A stretch of 64,000 nucleotides of DNA. Origin: an uncultured Gemmatimonadales bacterium. Its GTDB lineage: Bacteria > Gemmatimonadota > Gemmatimonadetes > Gemmatimonadales > GWC2-71-9. This document shows positions 10,371-22,623 of this stretch, piece by piece. The translations under genes were made by a program, and so were the position numbers. Within the stretch, counting starts at the first letter, position 1. Each line of letters begins with the position of its first letter. Location of the stretch: contig CAWGED010000014.1 in NCBI GenBank assembly GCA_963821525.1, forward strand, positions 32,001 through 96,000, given 5' to 3'. Under the pieces are notes generated by a model. That model did no database searches and had not been told where the DNA came from. It was given only the letters and a program-made list of their open reading frames with translations.

Positions 10371-12595
10371 AGGCGGTCTGGACCGTAGCTCGGCGAGAGC
10401 TCAAGGCGATGTTCGACACCCCGACCGGCTATGTGCTGCTGGTCGTCTTCATCGTCGCCAATTCGTTCCTGTTCTTCCGGCAGGCGTTCCTCTCGAGCAC
10501 GGCATCGCTCCGGCCGATGCTGGATCTTCTGCCGTGGCTCTACCTGTTCTTCGTGCCTGCGGTCGCCATGCGGAGCCTGGCGGAGGACACCCGGACCGGT
10601 CTGCTCGAGGTCATACTCTCGCAGCCTCTCACCGAGCTCGAGCTGCTGCTGGGCAAGTACCTCGGCACCGTGCTCTTCCTCGGTGTGGCGCTGCTCTGCA
10701 CCCTGCCGATTCCGCTCGCACTGGCGGTCGGCGCCGACCTGCAGTGGGGCCCGATCGTGGCCCAGTACGTCGGCTCGATGCTGCTCGGCGCGGGCCTCGC
10801 CGGCGTGGGTGTCTGGGCCTCGTGCCTCACTCGAAGCCAGATCACGGCGTTCATTACGGCGCTGGCCGTCTGCTTCATCCTGATCCTGGTGGGACTCAAT
10901 CCGCTCATCGTCGGTCTTCCCCCGCAGCTCGGGGCCGTGGCGGCTCGGTTGGGCGTGCTCTCGCACTTCGACAACATGGGCCGCGGCGTGATCGATCTGC
11001 GTGACGCGGTGTACTTCGTTTCGCTGGCCGGTGTCTTTCTGGTCCTGGCTTATGCCGCCCTCATGGGACGCAAGCTTGCCCCCGCGGGCAGCGCTCGCGG
11101 GCGCCTTCGGCTCGGTGCACTGCTTCTGGTCGGCACTCTCGTCGTCGTGAATCTGCTGGGGAGCTACATCGGCGGGCGTCTCGATCTCACTCCGGGACGG
11201 GCCTACACCCTGAACAAGGCGACCCGGGAGATTGCGGGCGGACTGCAGGACATCGTCACCATCAAGGTGTTCGCCTCGAAGGAGCTTCCGTCCGAAGTCG
11301 CCCTGATGCAGCGCGATCTCGACGATCTGCTTTCAGACCTGCGTGCTGCAGGCAAGGGGAAAATCCGGGTCATCGAACGCGATCCGGCTGACGATCCCGC
11401 ACTGCGGAGCGAGGCGCAGTCGCTGGGCATTCAGCCGGTGCAGTTCAACGTGGTGGGCAAGGCTGAGCTTCAGGTAAAGGAGGGGTACTTCGGCCTCGCG
11501 ATACAGTATGCCGATGGTGTCGAGCAGATCCCCTTCATTCAGCACACGGATGATCTGGAGTACCGGCTCGCTTCATCGATCCGGGCGCTCACCCGGGCCA
11601 AGAAGCCGGGCATCGGAATCGTCGCCGCGCCGGATTACCAGCGCCAGGGGACGGGCTTCGGCGTGCTCGAAGACCAGCTGAAGAAGAGCTACGACGTCCG
11701 GAGCGTCTCTCTGGCGGACTCAACCCAGCCGGCGGCGGATCTCTCCACCCTGGTTCTCACCGGATCTCCCGACTCCTTGCCGGCTCCGACTCTCGCCCGG
11801 CTCCGCGCCTTCCTGGATCGGGGCGGCAGTGTCCTGGTGCTTGCGGCCGGTGCCGAGGTCTCGCCGCAGGTTCCCCGCGCCATGACTCGGGCGCCGGTGT
11901 GGAATGACTTGCTCAAGCCCTACGGGCTGCAGATCCGCGCCGACATGGTGTACGACCTCGCCGCCAACCAGATCGTTCCCTTGCCGAGCGACATGGGCCA
12001 GGTGCTCCAGCCCTATCCACTCTGGCTCCGCGCAAGACCGACCAGCAGTGTCATCGGTGAGGGCGTGGGCGAGGTGTTCCTGCCATGGACCAGCAGCATT
12101 GATACGACTGGTGCCAAGGGTTCGGTGACGCCGCTCCTCCTCACCAGCAACGCAGCGGGGGTCGCGGAGCAGGAGGTGGATATCTCGCCGACCCGGGAAT
12201 TCCCGCCGGTCGATCTCAAGACCCGCATTCTCGCCGCCACCTCTTCCCTGTCGGCCAAGGACAGCACGGCACCCAAGGGACGAGTGGCTGTCGTCGGCAG
12301 CTCCGATTTCGTCTCGGACCGCTACGCCTCCCGCGCCACGCCGAACGTGGTCTTCACCCTGAACGCGATCGACTGGCTGGCGCAGGACGAAGCGCTCATT
12401 GCCATTCGTAGCCGTGACCGGCGGCCTCCACCGCTCGTGTACTCAAGTCCCGCGCTCCGCGAGGGTGTGAAGTACGCCAACGTCATTCTCCTGCCCGTGC
12501 TGATCATGCTCGGTGGCACGATTCATCTTCTCCGTCGCCGGCGGCAGGCCCAACAACCGTACCGGCAGCTCTCGCCCGCTTCGGAGGCAGCATGA
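10367..12595 (+). CDS. Fused GldF-like ABC permease and GldG-like periplasmic domain
   Basis: Multi-TM N-terminus (ARRELK...FVPAVAMR) followed by RLDLT...YTL, DDLEYRL, NAIDWLAQDEALIAIR. Confidence 0.85.
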   Translation: MKAVWTVARRELKAMFDTPTGYVLLVVFIVANSFLFFRQAFLSSTASLRPMLDLLPWLYLFFVPAVAMRSLAEDTRTGLLEVILSQPLTELELLLGKYLGTVLFLGVALLCTLPIPLALAVGADLQWGPIVAQYVGSMLLGAGLAGVGVWASCLTRSQITAFITALAVCFILILVGLNPLIVGLPPQLGAVAARLGVLSHFDNMGRGVIDLRDAVYFVSLAGVFLVLAYAALMGRKLAPAGSARGRLRLGALLLVGTLVVVNLLGSYIGGRLDLTPGRAYTLNKATREIAGGLQDIVTIKVFASKELPSEVALMQRDLDDLLSDLRAAGKGKIRVIERDPADDPALRSEAQSLGIQPVQFNVVGKAELQVKEGYFGLAIQYADGVEQIPFIQHTDDLEYRLASSIRALTRAKKPGIGIVAAPDYQRQGTGFGVLEDQLKKSYDVRSVSLADSTQPAADLSTLVLTGSPDSLPAPTLARLRAFLDRGGSVLVLAAGAEVSPQVPRAMTRAPVWNDLLKPYGLQIRADMVYDLAANQIVPLPSDMGQVLQPYPLWLRARPTSSVIGEGVGEVFLPWTSSIDTTGAKGSVTPLLLTSNAAGVAEQEVDISPTREFPPVDLKTRILAATSSLSAKDSTAPKGRVAVVGSSDFVSDRYASRATPNVVFTLNAIDWLAQDEALIAIRSRDRRPPPLVYSSPALREGVKYANVILLPVLIMLGGTIHLLRRRRQAQQPYRQLSPASEAA

Positions 12596-13527
12596 GCGCC
12601 AAACAGCTGCTTCGAATCGCGCTGGTGTTACTCGGTGCGATCGCGCTCTGGGGTGCTCTCGCCGTGGCAAAAAAGTCTCGGCAGGAACGTCCGTCGCGCA
12701 TGGTGCTTCCCGTGCTCGACAGCGCGTCCATCAACCGGATCGACATCCGCAAAGGCGCCGACTCGGTAGTGTTGATCAAGTCCGCGACCGGCTGGACGGT
12801 GAACGGCTGGACCGCGGCTCCCGCGGAAATGAGTGACTGGTTTACCGCTCTGGCCGATACGAATGCCCGGAGCGATCTCGCCGCCCAGAGCGAAGCCCTG
12901 CACCAACGACTCGGCGTGGACAGCGCCGGGCGGAAGGTGGTTCTGCAGGCCGGCGATAAGACGCTGGCAACGCTCGTGGTCGGGAACCGAGGGCCAGACT
13001 TCGAAGGGATCTACGTTCGCCGCGTGGAGTCGCCCGAGGTGTATCTCTCCCATGCCAGGTGGGCCGAGATGGCGGGCCGCGCGGCCGATGAATGGCGAGA
13101 CAAGCAGATCGCGAAGGTGGCAGCCGACAGCATTAAGGAAATCGCCGTCAGCCGGGCTTCCGGGAAGTTTACCGTGATCAAGGACGGCGGTTGGAAGTTC
13201 AAGTCGGGAGGCTCCGGGACGCCGGACAGTGCGGCCTCGGCCCGCTTCGCCGCGGCCTTTGGCGATCTCCACGCGATGGGTTTTGCCAATCCCGCACTCG
13301 CCGACACGCTGCGTCACGCCAAGCCCTGGCGTAGTGTTCGGGTGATCAATGCAGCCGGCGCTACGCTACTCTCAGTGGAACTCGATTCGACCGCGGCGGG
13401 ATTCTGGCTTCGGCCTGATAGCGGTGGCGTCGTGTATCGGGTTGATCAGTCGGTCACCGAGGCGATTGCACCGGCAGCTTCGGCACTCGCGGCGCCCAAG
13501 GCTCAGGGAGTAGGGAGTGGGGTGTAG
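12592..13527 (+). CDS. DUF4340-like membrane-anchored protein
   Basis: N-terminal TM, LVVG...YVRR...VYL and WRDK motifs; usual position after GldG. Confidence 0.65.
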   Translation: MSAKQLLRIALVLLGAIALWGALAVAKKSRQERPSRMVLPVLDSASINRIDIRKGADSVVLIKSATGWTVNGWTAAPAEMSDWFTALADTNARSDLAAQSEALHQRLGVDSAGRKVVLQAGDKTLATLVVGNRGPDFEGIYVRRVESPEVYLSHARWAEMAGRAADEWRDKQIAKVAADSIKEIAVSRASGKFTVIKDGGWKFKSGGSGTPDSAASARFAAAFGDLHAMGFANPALADTLRHAKPWRSVRVINAAGATLLSVELDSTAAGFWLRPDSGGVVYRVDQSVTEAIAPAASALAAPKAQGVGSGV

Positions 13528-13594
13528 GGAGTAGGGAGTGAGAATGGTCACACGATCCGTTCCTGACTCCCTACTCCCTACTCCCTACTCCCTA
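13505..13594. repeat. Inverted heptamer arrays (AGGGAGT)5 ... (ACTCCCT)4 between convergent genes
   Basis: Left arm 13505-13539, right arm 13566-13594; contains both stop codons. Confidence 0.92.
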
Positions 13595-14528
13595 TTTCAC
13601 TCCCCACCACCTCCACCACTTCCTCTCCGTCGTCACCGGCGCCGACTTGGAATCCCGCAGATAGCCCGACGGCACCTTGATCTCGCCCGTCGGCCGAGTC
13701 TTGGCCGCGATGTCGATGAGATCCTCGAGTAGTGTCTGTGCCTTCGGATAGCGGTCGTCGGGATGCTTGGCGAGCAGCTTGAGGATGATGCGCTCGAACC
13801 GCTTGGAGATCTCCGGCCGGCGCGCTCGGGGTGGCTCGGGTGGCGTCTCCACGTGCATGCGCGCCAGCTCGAACCAATCTTTCGATCTGAACGGCAGGTC
13901 CCCGGTCGTCGCGCGGTACAGTGTGATCCCCAGCGAATAGAGATCCGAGCGCCCGTCGAGCGGCCTCCCCTGTGCCTGCTCCGGCGAGATGTAGGCCGGT
14001 GTGCCGATCGTCATGTTGAATCCGGTCGCGGCCACGTAACCGCTCACTGCCCGCGCCACGCCGAAATCGGTGAGTACCGGTCTCCCGTCTTCGGCGAAGA
14101 GGATGTTGTCCGGCTTGATATCGCGATGCACGATATCCTGGTCATGCGCAAAGCCGAGCGCCTCGGCGACACCGATCGCGATGGGGACCACATCCGATTC
14201 CGCCATCACCGGCTCCCGCTGGTTTCGGGCGGCGAGGCTGTCGGGATAGAGGTCCATCACGAAGAAGACCATTCCCCCTTCGGTCCCGACCTCTTCGATG
14301 TGAACGATGTTGGGATGTCGTAACCCTGCCGCGAGAGAGGCCTCCTGCCGGAAACGGGTTTCGAAGGCCGGGTCCGAACCATACCTGTGCTTTAAGACTT
14401 TGAGCAGCAAATGACTTACCGTCGTCGCGCCGGGCGTGATACACCCAAGCGAAGCCTCCCTGACCCTGGAGTTCGGTGAGTTGGTAGCGGCCGAGTTGGG
14501 TTCCGGGGGCGGGTGCGTCGGTCTGCAT
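13592..14528 (-). CDS. Hanks-type Ser/Thr protein kinase; indel near 14410
   Basis: GQGGFAWVY in the 14528 ORF; LKVL, HRDIKPDN, DFG, GTPAYISPEQ in the 14410 ORF. Confidence 0.9.
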
Positions 14529-14535
14529 TCCGGGG

Positions 14536-14565
14536 TTGCCGGTGAGGTTGGCGAGGGGTTATTTT
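14536..14565 (+). promoter_or_regulatory. Putative sigma70 promoter of rpsO-pnp
   Basis: TTGCCG-N18-TATTTT. Confidence 0.4.
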
Positions 14566-14632
14566 GTTGTGCTACTTACGAATAGCGTACACGACGCAGG
14601 CCCTCGCGACACCGCAAGAGGATACACGAGGA

Positions 14633-14893
14633 ATGGGCTTTGACAAGCAGGCGATCATCGCCAAGCAGCGGCTCCACGACAGCGATACCGGTTCCGCCAA
14701 GGTGCAGATCTCGCTCCTGACCGAGCGGATCAACTCACTAACCGATCACTTCCGCACCCACCCCAAGGATCATCACGGTCGCCGGGGTCTGCTCAAGATG
14801 GTCGGCACCCGCCGTCGCCTCCTCAACTACCTCAAGCAGAACGATCTCGCCACGTACCGGACCCTGATCGACGCATTGGGTCTCCGACACTAA
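14633..14893 (+). CDS. rpsO: 30S ribosomal protein S15
   Basis: [29 protein letters not shown]; gagga RBS. Confidence 0.97.
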   Translation: MGFDKQAIIAKQRLHDSDTGSAKVQISLLTERINSLTDHFRTHPKDHHGRRGLLKMVGTRRRLLNYLKQNDLATYRTLIDALGLRH

Positions 14894-14909
14894 CGCGATA
14901 TCAAGGGCC

Positions 14910-14942
14910 AGGGGCGTCTCGACCGGCACGTCGGGACGCCCT
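14910..14942 (+). promoter_or_regulatory. Stem-loop between rpsO and pnp
   Basis: gggcgtctcgac-cggcac-gtcgggacgccc. Confidence 0.5.
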
Positions 14943-14984
14943 CGACGCATTTGGGTGCTTCTCACCTGGAAAGAAATCGAGTTT

Positions 14985-17076
<2,092 letters not shown>

Positions 17077-17083
17077 CAGCCGC

Positions 17084-18340
17084 GTGGAAACCGTCCAGCT
17101 CGACACCGGCCTCCACAGTACCCGGGCACCCAACGGCCTTACGGTCCTCACCGAGGTCCTGCCCGGGGTCCGTTCCGCCGCGGTGGGCGTTTGGGTCAGG
17201 TCCGCCAGCGCCCACGAGCCGCGCGCCAAGATGGGCGTATCCCACCTGCTCGAGCACATGGTGTTCAAGGGGACCGAGCGCCGGAACGCCAGGGAGCTCG
17301 CGCTCGAGCTCGAGGTCCGGGGCGGTTCCCTCGATGCCTATACCAGCCGCGACCACACCCACTACCAGGCTCACGTCCTCGATCAGAACCTTCCCGAGGC
17401 GGTCGATGTCCTGACCGACCTGGTGCACCGTCCCTTGCTCCGGGCCAGCGATCTCGACTTGGAGCGGAACGTGGTGCTGGAGGAGATCTCCACGGTGGAG
17501 GACACGCCGGATGATCTCGTCTTCGAGCTGTTCTCCGAACGGCTGTGGCCCGAACATCCCTACGGCTACTCGATCCTGGGCACGCGCGACACCGTCAGCG
17601 CCCTGGGCCCCGGCGATCTCCAGGCCCTCCATCGGGCCGGGTACTATCGCGGCAACTGCGTGGTTGCGGCGGCGGGCTGTCTCCAGCATGATCGTGTCCT
17701 CGAATTGCTCGAGCACGAGGGCTGGTTCGCCGGCGGCACTGCCGAGCCGCCTCTCCCGCCAGTGGCTTCAGTGCCGGCGGTCCGCGGTGCCGACGTCAGC
17801 ATCGCGCGGGATTCGAACCAGACTCATCTGGTCTTCGGCTCCGACACCTTCCCCTATCGGGACCGGCGGCGGTTCGCTCTCTCGATCGTGACCAACGTGT
17901 TCGGGGGCGGGATGTCGAGCCGGCTGTTCCAGTCGATCCGGGAAGAGCTGGGCCTGGCCTACGGGGTCTACGCCTATCAGCAGTTCTTCCAGACCGCGGG
18001 AATTGCGGGAGTGTACGTCGGTACCCAACCCGCGACGGCCGCGCAGGCGGAGGAAGCGATTCGCGCCCAGTATCGTCGCCTGGCGAATGAAGGACTCCCG
18101 GCCGAGGAGCTGGCAAGCGGCAAGCAGCAGCTCAAGGGGCAGTTGATGCTCTCGTTGGAGAGCCCGGCCAGCCGGATGAATCGTCTGGCAAGCATCACCC
18201 TGCACGGCGAGCCGTATCGCAACCTGGAAGCGCTTCTGGCGGAGATTGATGCAGTCACGGTTGACCAGGTCGCGGCGCTCACTGCTGAGTATTTCGATCC
18301 GGATCGACAGACAGTTGTAAGGCTGGGACCAGAGCAGTGA
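17084..18340 (+). CDS. M16 family zinc peptidase
   Basis: HLLEH inverted zinc motif, GGGMSSRLFQSIRE. Confidence 0.93.
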   Translation: METVQLDTGLHSTRAPNGLTVLTEVLPGVRSAAVGVWVRSASAHEPRAKMGVSHLLEHMVFKGTERRNARELALELEVRGGSLDAYTSRDHTHYQAHVLDQNLPEAVDVLTDLVHRPLLRASDLDLERNVVLEEISTVEDTPDDLVFELFSERLWPEHPYGYSILGTRDTVSALGPGDLQALHRAGYYRGNCVVAAAGCLQHDRVLELLEHEGWFAGGTAEPPLPPVASVPAVRGADVSIARDSNQTHLVFGSDTFPYRDRRRFALSIVTNVFGGGMSSRLFQSIREELGLAYGVYAYQQFFQTAGIAGVYVGTQPATAAQAEEAIRAQYRRLANEGLPAEELASGKQQLKGQLMLSLESPASRMNRLASITLHGEPYRNLEALLAEIDAVTVDQVAALTAEYFDPDRQTVVRLGPEQ

Positions 18341-18440
18341 ACGGTGAACGGCTAACGGTGAATGGGGTCGCGCCCGCTCACCGCTTACCGCTCACCGCTC
18401 ACTAACTACCGTTCCCCGTTCCCCGTTCACCGTTCACCGC
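18337..18440. repeat. Composite heptamer arrays (GTGAACG)4 ... (CCGCTYA)4 (CCGTTCM)4
   Basis: Blocks at 18337-18364, 18374-18402, 18409-18440. Confidence 0.9.
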
Positions 18441-18450
18441 AGGTCGGGCC

Positions 18451-19563
18451 ATGATCATCGGCGTCCCCAAGGAAATCAAAACCAACGAGAACCGGATTGC
18501 GCTGGTGCCTGCCGGCGCCGAATCGTTTGTCGGACTGGGACACACGGTCTACGTGGAGAAGGGAGCCGGGGTCGGCAGCGGGTTTCCCGACGAGGACTAT
18601 GTCGAGGCCGGCGCCAAGATGCTCCCCACCGCCGACGAGGTCTGGGCCAAGGCGGAGATGATCATCAAGGTCAAGGAGCCGATCGCGGTGGAGTATCCCC
18701 GCATGCGCGCCGGCCAGGTGATCTACACCTACTTCCACTTCGCGGCGGATGAGGCCCTGACGAAAGCGGTGGTGAAGTCGGGCGCCATCGCGGTCGCCTA
18801 CGAAACCGTCCAGCTGCCCAGCGGCGAGCTTCCGCTACTCACGCCCATGTCGGAAGTCGCCGGGCGCATGGCAGTGCAGGAGGGCGCCAAGTACCTGGAG
18901 AAAGTCTTCGGCGGAAGCGGCATTCTGCTCGGCGGAGTGCCGGGTGTGGCCCCAGGCGAAGTGGTCATTATCGGCGGCGGTGTCGTCGGAATCAACGCCG
19001 CGAAGATGGCGGCCGGTCTCGGCGCACACGTCACGATTCTCGATATCTCGCTCGACCGGTTGCGCTACCTGGACGATGTGCTGCCGGCCAATGTGGACAC
19101 GGCCTACTCGAACCGGCACAACATTCTTGCCTGTATCCGCCGGGCCGACCTCGTGGTGGGAGCCGTGCTTCTGCCCGGCGCCAAGGCCCCACACCTGGTC
19201 AAGCGGGCTGACCTCAAGCTGATGAAGCCGGGCTCGGTGATCGTGGACGTCGCGGTGGACCAGGGCGGTTGTGTCGAGACCATCAAGCCCACGACCCACG
19301 AAGACCCGACCTACTTCGTGGATGGCATCCTCCACTACGCCGTAGCCAACATGCCGGGCGGAGTCCCCCGGACCTCCACCCTGGCTCTCACCAACGCGAC
19401 GCTCCCCTACGGACTCAAGCTCGCGAAGCAGGGCTGGAAGAAAGCCTGCGCCGCCGACCCGTCCCTCAAACTCGGCCTCAACGTGGTCGAGGGGAAAGTG
19501 GTGTATCCGGGAGTGGCGGAGGCGTTTGGGTTGCCACTGAGTTCGGTGGATTCAGTTCTTTAG
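18451..19563 (+). CDS. ald: Alanine dehydrogenase
   Basis: [40 protein letters not shown]. Confidence 0.97.
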   Translation: MIIGVPKEIKTNENRIALVPAGAESFVGLGHTVYVEKGAGVGSGFPDEDYVEAGAKMLPTADEVWAKAEMIIKVKEPIAVEYPRMRAGQVIYTYFHFAADEALTKAVVKSGAIAVAYETVQLPSGELPLLTPMSEVAGRMAVQEGAKYLEKVFGGSGILLGGVPGVAPGEVVIIGGGVVGINAAKMAAGLGAHVTILDISLDRLRYLDDVLPANVDTAYSNRHNILACIRRADLVVGAVLLPGAKAPHLVKRADLKLMKPGSVIVDVAVDQGGCVETIKPTTHEDPTYFVDGILHYAVANMPGGVPRTSTLALTNATLPYGLKLAKQGWKKACAADPSLKLGLNVVEGKVVYPGVAEAFGLPLSSVDSVL

Positions 19564-19565
19564 AC

Positions 19566-19658
19566 GGCGGACAAGGCGGACAGGACGGACGGGGCGGGTA
19601 ACTGCCTGTCCGCCCTGTTCCACCCGACCGCCCTGTTCGTCTGGACGTCCTGACCGCC
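19566..19658. repeat. Inverted nonamer arrays (GGCGGACAG-like)4 ... (CTGWCCGCC-like)5
   Basis: 9-nt period at 19566-19601 and 19606-19658. Confidence 0.75.
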
Positions 19659-19676
19659 ACATCCGCACCGACCACT

Positions 19677-20130
19677 ATGATCGACATCCAATTCACCCGT
19701 CTCCCGCACGGCGAAGGTCTCCCCGTCCCCAACCGGGCGACCGAAGGGGCCGCCGGCTACGACGTCGTCAGTGCCGACGACGGCGATCTGGCTCCCTTGG
19801 AAAGGAAGCTCTTCCGGACCGGCTTTCGGCTGGCGATTCCGGCGGGTTACGAGTGCCAGGTACGGCCCCGGTCCGGGCTGGCGCTCAAGCACGGGATCAG
19901 TTTGCCCAACACGCCCGGCCACGATCGACAGCGATTATCGCGGCGAGTTGATGATCGCACTGATCAACCTGAGCCAGGAGCCGTTTCAGGTGACTCGGGG
20001 GATGCGGATTGCCCAACTGGTCTTCGCGCGGGTGGCCGACGCCGCCTTCCGGGAGGTGGAGGAGCTGCCCAGTTCAGCCCGCGGTGAGGGGGGATTCGGC
20101 AGTACTGGAACTGGACGGTTGGTTGGGTGA
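19677..20130 (+). CDS. dut: dUTP pyrophosphatase; indel near 19918
   Basis: [36 protein letters not shown] in two frames. Confidence 0.93.
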
Positions 20131-20245
20131 CCTGGAGCCCCCTTGGTGACCCAGCGCACCGACGGGGCCAAGCTAACTTGTCGTCTTGTCCCATCTTACA
20201 GCCCCCGTTAGCTTACCCGCACCACCCGTCTTCCCTGGCTCCGGA

Positions 20246-21283
20246 ATGAAGTTTTCTCAGCTAAAATTTGGCGCTTTTCTGCCCGCCAATGAGATCGCTG
20301 TCGATCTCGGCACCGCGAACACTCTGGTGTACGTAAAGGGCGAAGGCATCGTCCTGAACGAGCCATCAGTGGTCGCGATTGAAAAGTCCACGGGACGACC
20401 GAAGGGCTACGGGCTTGAAGCGAAGCGCATGTTGGGTCGCACACCGGACAACATTGTCGCGGTGCGTCCGCTGAAGGACGGCGTCATCGCCGACTTCGAC
20501 GTGACCGAGAAGATGTTGCGCTACTTCCTGAAGCAGATCATCGACAAACACGTCTTCAAAGTGCGCCCCAAGGTGATCGTGTGCGTGCCGTCCGGCATCA
20601 CCGAGGTGGAGCGCCGCGCGGTGCGCGACTCGGCCGAGACCGCGGGCGCCAAGCAGGTGCACATGGTGGCGGAACCGATGGCTGCCGCGATCGGCGTGGG
20701 GCTGCCGGTCGAGACGCCCACCGGCAACATGGTGATCGACATCGGCGGCGGGACCACCGAAATCGCGGTGATCGCTTTGTCCGGCATCGTCTCCGACACC
20801 TCGATCAGAGTCGGTGGCGACGAGCTCGATCAGGCCATCGTGCAGTTCATGCGGAAGAACTACAACCTCCTCGTCGGCGAACCGACCGCGGAAGCCATCA
20901 AGATCAAAATCGGCTCCGCTGCTCCAGTGGGAGAGGAGCGGGAGATGGAAGTGAAGGGCCGCGACCTCGTCTCGGGCATTCCGAAGACGGTCCGGGTCCA
21001 TTCCAGCGAGATCCGGGAAGCGGTGCAGGAGCCGATTCAGCAGATCGTGGACGCGGTGCGGCGCGCCCTTGAAATCACGCCGCCCGAGCTTGCGAGCGAC
21101 ATCGTAGACCGTGGCATCATCATGACCGGCGGCGGCGCGCTGATCCGGGGGCTGGACATCCTGCTCGCGCAGGAGACCGGGCTGCCGATCCATGTCGACG
21201 AAGATCCGCTGACGTGTGTGGTTCGCGGGGCGGGCCGGATCCTCGACGACTTCGAAAAGTACCGCAGCGTCCTTTCGCTCTGA
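20246..21283 (+). CDS. mreB: Rod shape-determining protein MreB
   Basis: DLGTANT, EPMAAAIG, DIGGGTTE, TGGGAL. Confidence 0.98.
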   Translation: MKFSQLKFGAFLPANEIAVDLGTANTLVYVKGEGIVLNEPSVVAIEKSTGRPKGYGLEAKRMLGRTPDNIVAVRPLKDGVIADFDVTEKMLRYFLKQIIDKHVFKVRPKVIVCVPSGITEVERRAVRDSAETAGAKQVHMVAEPMAAAIGVGLPVETPTGNMVIDIGGGTTEIAVIALSGIVSDTSIRVGGDELDQAIVQFMRKNYNLLVGEPTAEAIKIKIGSAAPVGEEREMEVKGRDLVSGIPKTVRVHSSEIREAVQEPIQQIVDAVRRALEITPPELASDIVDRGIIMTGGGALIRGLDILLAQETGLPIHVDEDPLTCVVRGAGRILDDFEKYRSVLSL

Positions 21284-21285
21284 TC

Positions 21286-22129
21286 ATGGCGGGGACGGAT
21301 CGTTCTCTCTCCCGCCACGATACACTCCTTCTCCTCGTGTGTGTGGGATTATCGGTGGGAGCGCTCTCCGCGCCTCCCGCCGTGGGCGAGGCCATCGCCA
21401 CTGGCGTGCGCCAGACCATCCTGGTTCCCTTCCTGTGGTTGCAGAAGCGCGCCGAGGAGTCACGCACCAGCCGCGCGGTGGTGGAGAATCTCCGGGCCGC
21501 GCACGACTCCGCCGCGATCCTCGTCCAGGCGCTGCCCGCGCTCGAAGAGGAGAACGCCCGGCTCCGCGCTCTGCTCGGCTCTCGGCCAGCGGCTCACGAC
21601 GCCTTATGTCGCGGCCGAAGTGCTCCACCAGTCGCTGCCGACCGATGGACGGACCCTGATCCTCTCGGCGGGATCGGATGCCGGGGTGCACCCCTACGAT
21701 CCCGTGGTCTCGCCAGAAGGCCTGATTGGAGTGGTGCGGACGGTGGAGAAGGACCAGAGCGTCGCGATGACCTGGGCCCATCCGGAGTTCCGCGCCAGTG
21801 CCTACGCGGTCCCCGGCGACGTCTTCGGCATCGTGGCACCCTCGGTGCAGATCTCGGGCAGCGAGATGCTGCTTCAGCTCCGTGGTGTCGCTTACCGTGA
21901 CTCAGTCCCGACCGGAACGGCGGTCGTCACCTCCGGCCTTGGCGGCGTGTATCCCCCGGGGCTCCCGGTGGGAACCGTAATCAGCCACGCCGAAGAAGCC
22001 GCGGGCTGGGAACGGGTCTATCTCATTCGCCCGGCGGCGAACCCGGAGCTAGTGACCCACGTTCTCATCTTGCGCAAACCCGGTCCGGAATCGGTCGCTC
22101 CCGCGTTTCATCCGGATTCGCTCCCGTGA
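21286..22129 (+). CDS. mreC: Rod shape-determining protein MreC; indel near 21578
   Basis: TM, coiled coil EENARLRALL, VVTSGLGGVYPPGLPVG. Confidence 0.9.
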
Positions 22130-22623
22130 TCATCCTGCGCTCCGATCGCAGGCGGCTGCTGCTCGCGCTCGGCCTCCTGCTTCTGCTGCACTTCACGTTG
22201 CGGCCGAGATTCGGCCATCCGGAGTCGGCTCCCGATTTCCTCCTGCTGGCGTTGCTGGTCTTCTCGATCCGGAGCCGGCCGGGTGCCGCGGCCGTCATGG
22301 GATTCATCGTCGGCGTGCTGGGGGACTCGCTCACTCCGGCCCGATTCGGCGCCGGCGCCCTGGCCCACACCGTGGTGGGCTATCTCACCGCCTGGGGCAG
22401 GGCAGTATTTTTCGCCGATAACCTGATGGTGAACGGTGCCGTGTTCTTCGCCGGCACCTGGTTGCGCAATCTGATCGTATTGATGGCCAGCGGTGGTCCG
22501 GGCGACGGCCTGATGCGGCAACTGTTGATCTGGTCTCCTCTGCAGTCGCTCACCACGGCGATCAGCGGCGCAATCTTCCTCACCTTGTTCCGACGCTGGC
22601 TGGATATCAGGCTCGAGGAATGA
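22126..22623 (+). CDS. mreD: Rod shape-determining protein MreD
   Basis: Hydrophobic protein with PDFLL motif, between mreC and mrdA. Confidence 0.85.
   Translation: MIILRSDRRRLLLALGLLLLLHFTLRPRFGHPESAPDFLLLALLVFSIRSRPGAAAVMGFIVGVLGDSLTPARFGAGALAHTVVGYLTAWGRAVFFADNLMVNGAVFFAGTWLRNLIVLMASGGPGDGLMRQLLIWSPLQSLTTAISGAIFLTLFRRWLDIRLEE

Noticed and set aside
20105..20165. Further inverted repeat after dut (tgggtgacc ... ggtgaccca)
   Set aside because: Short, imperfect and without clear periodicity; not counted in the array family.
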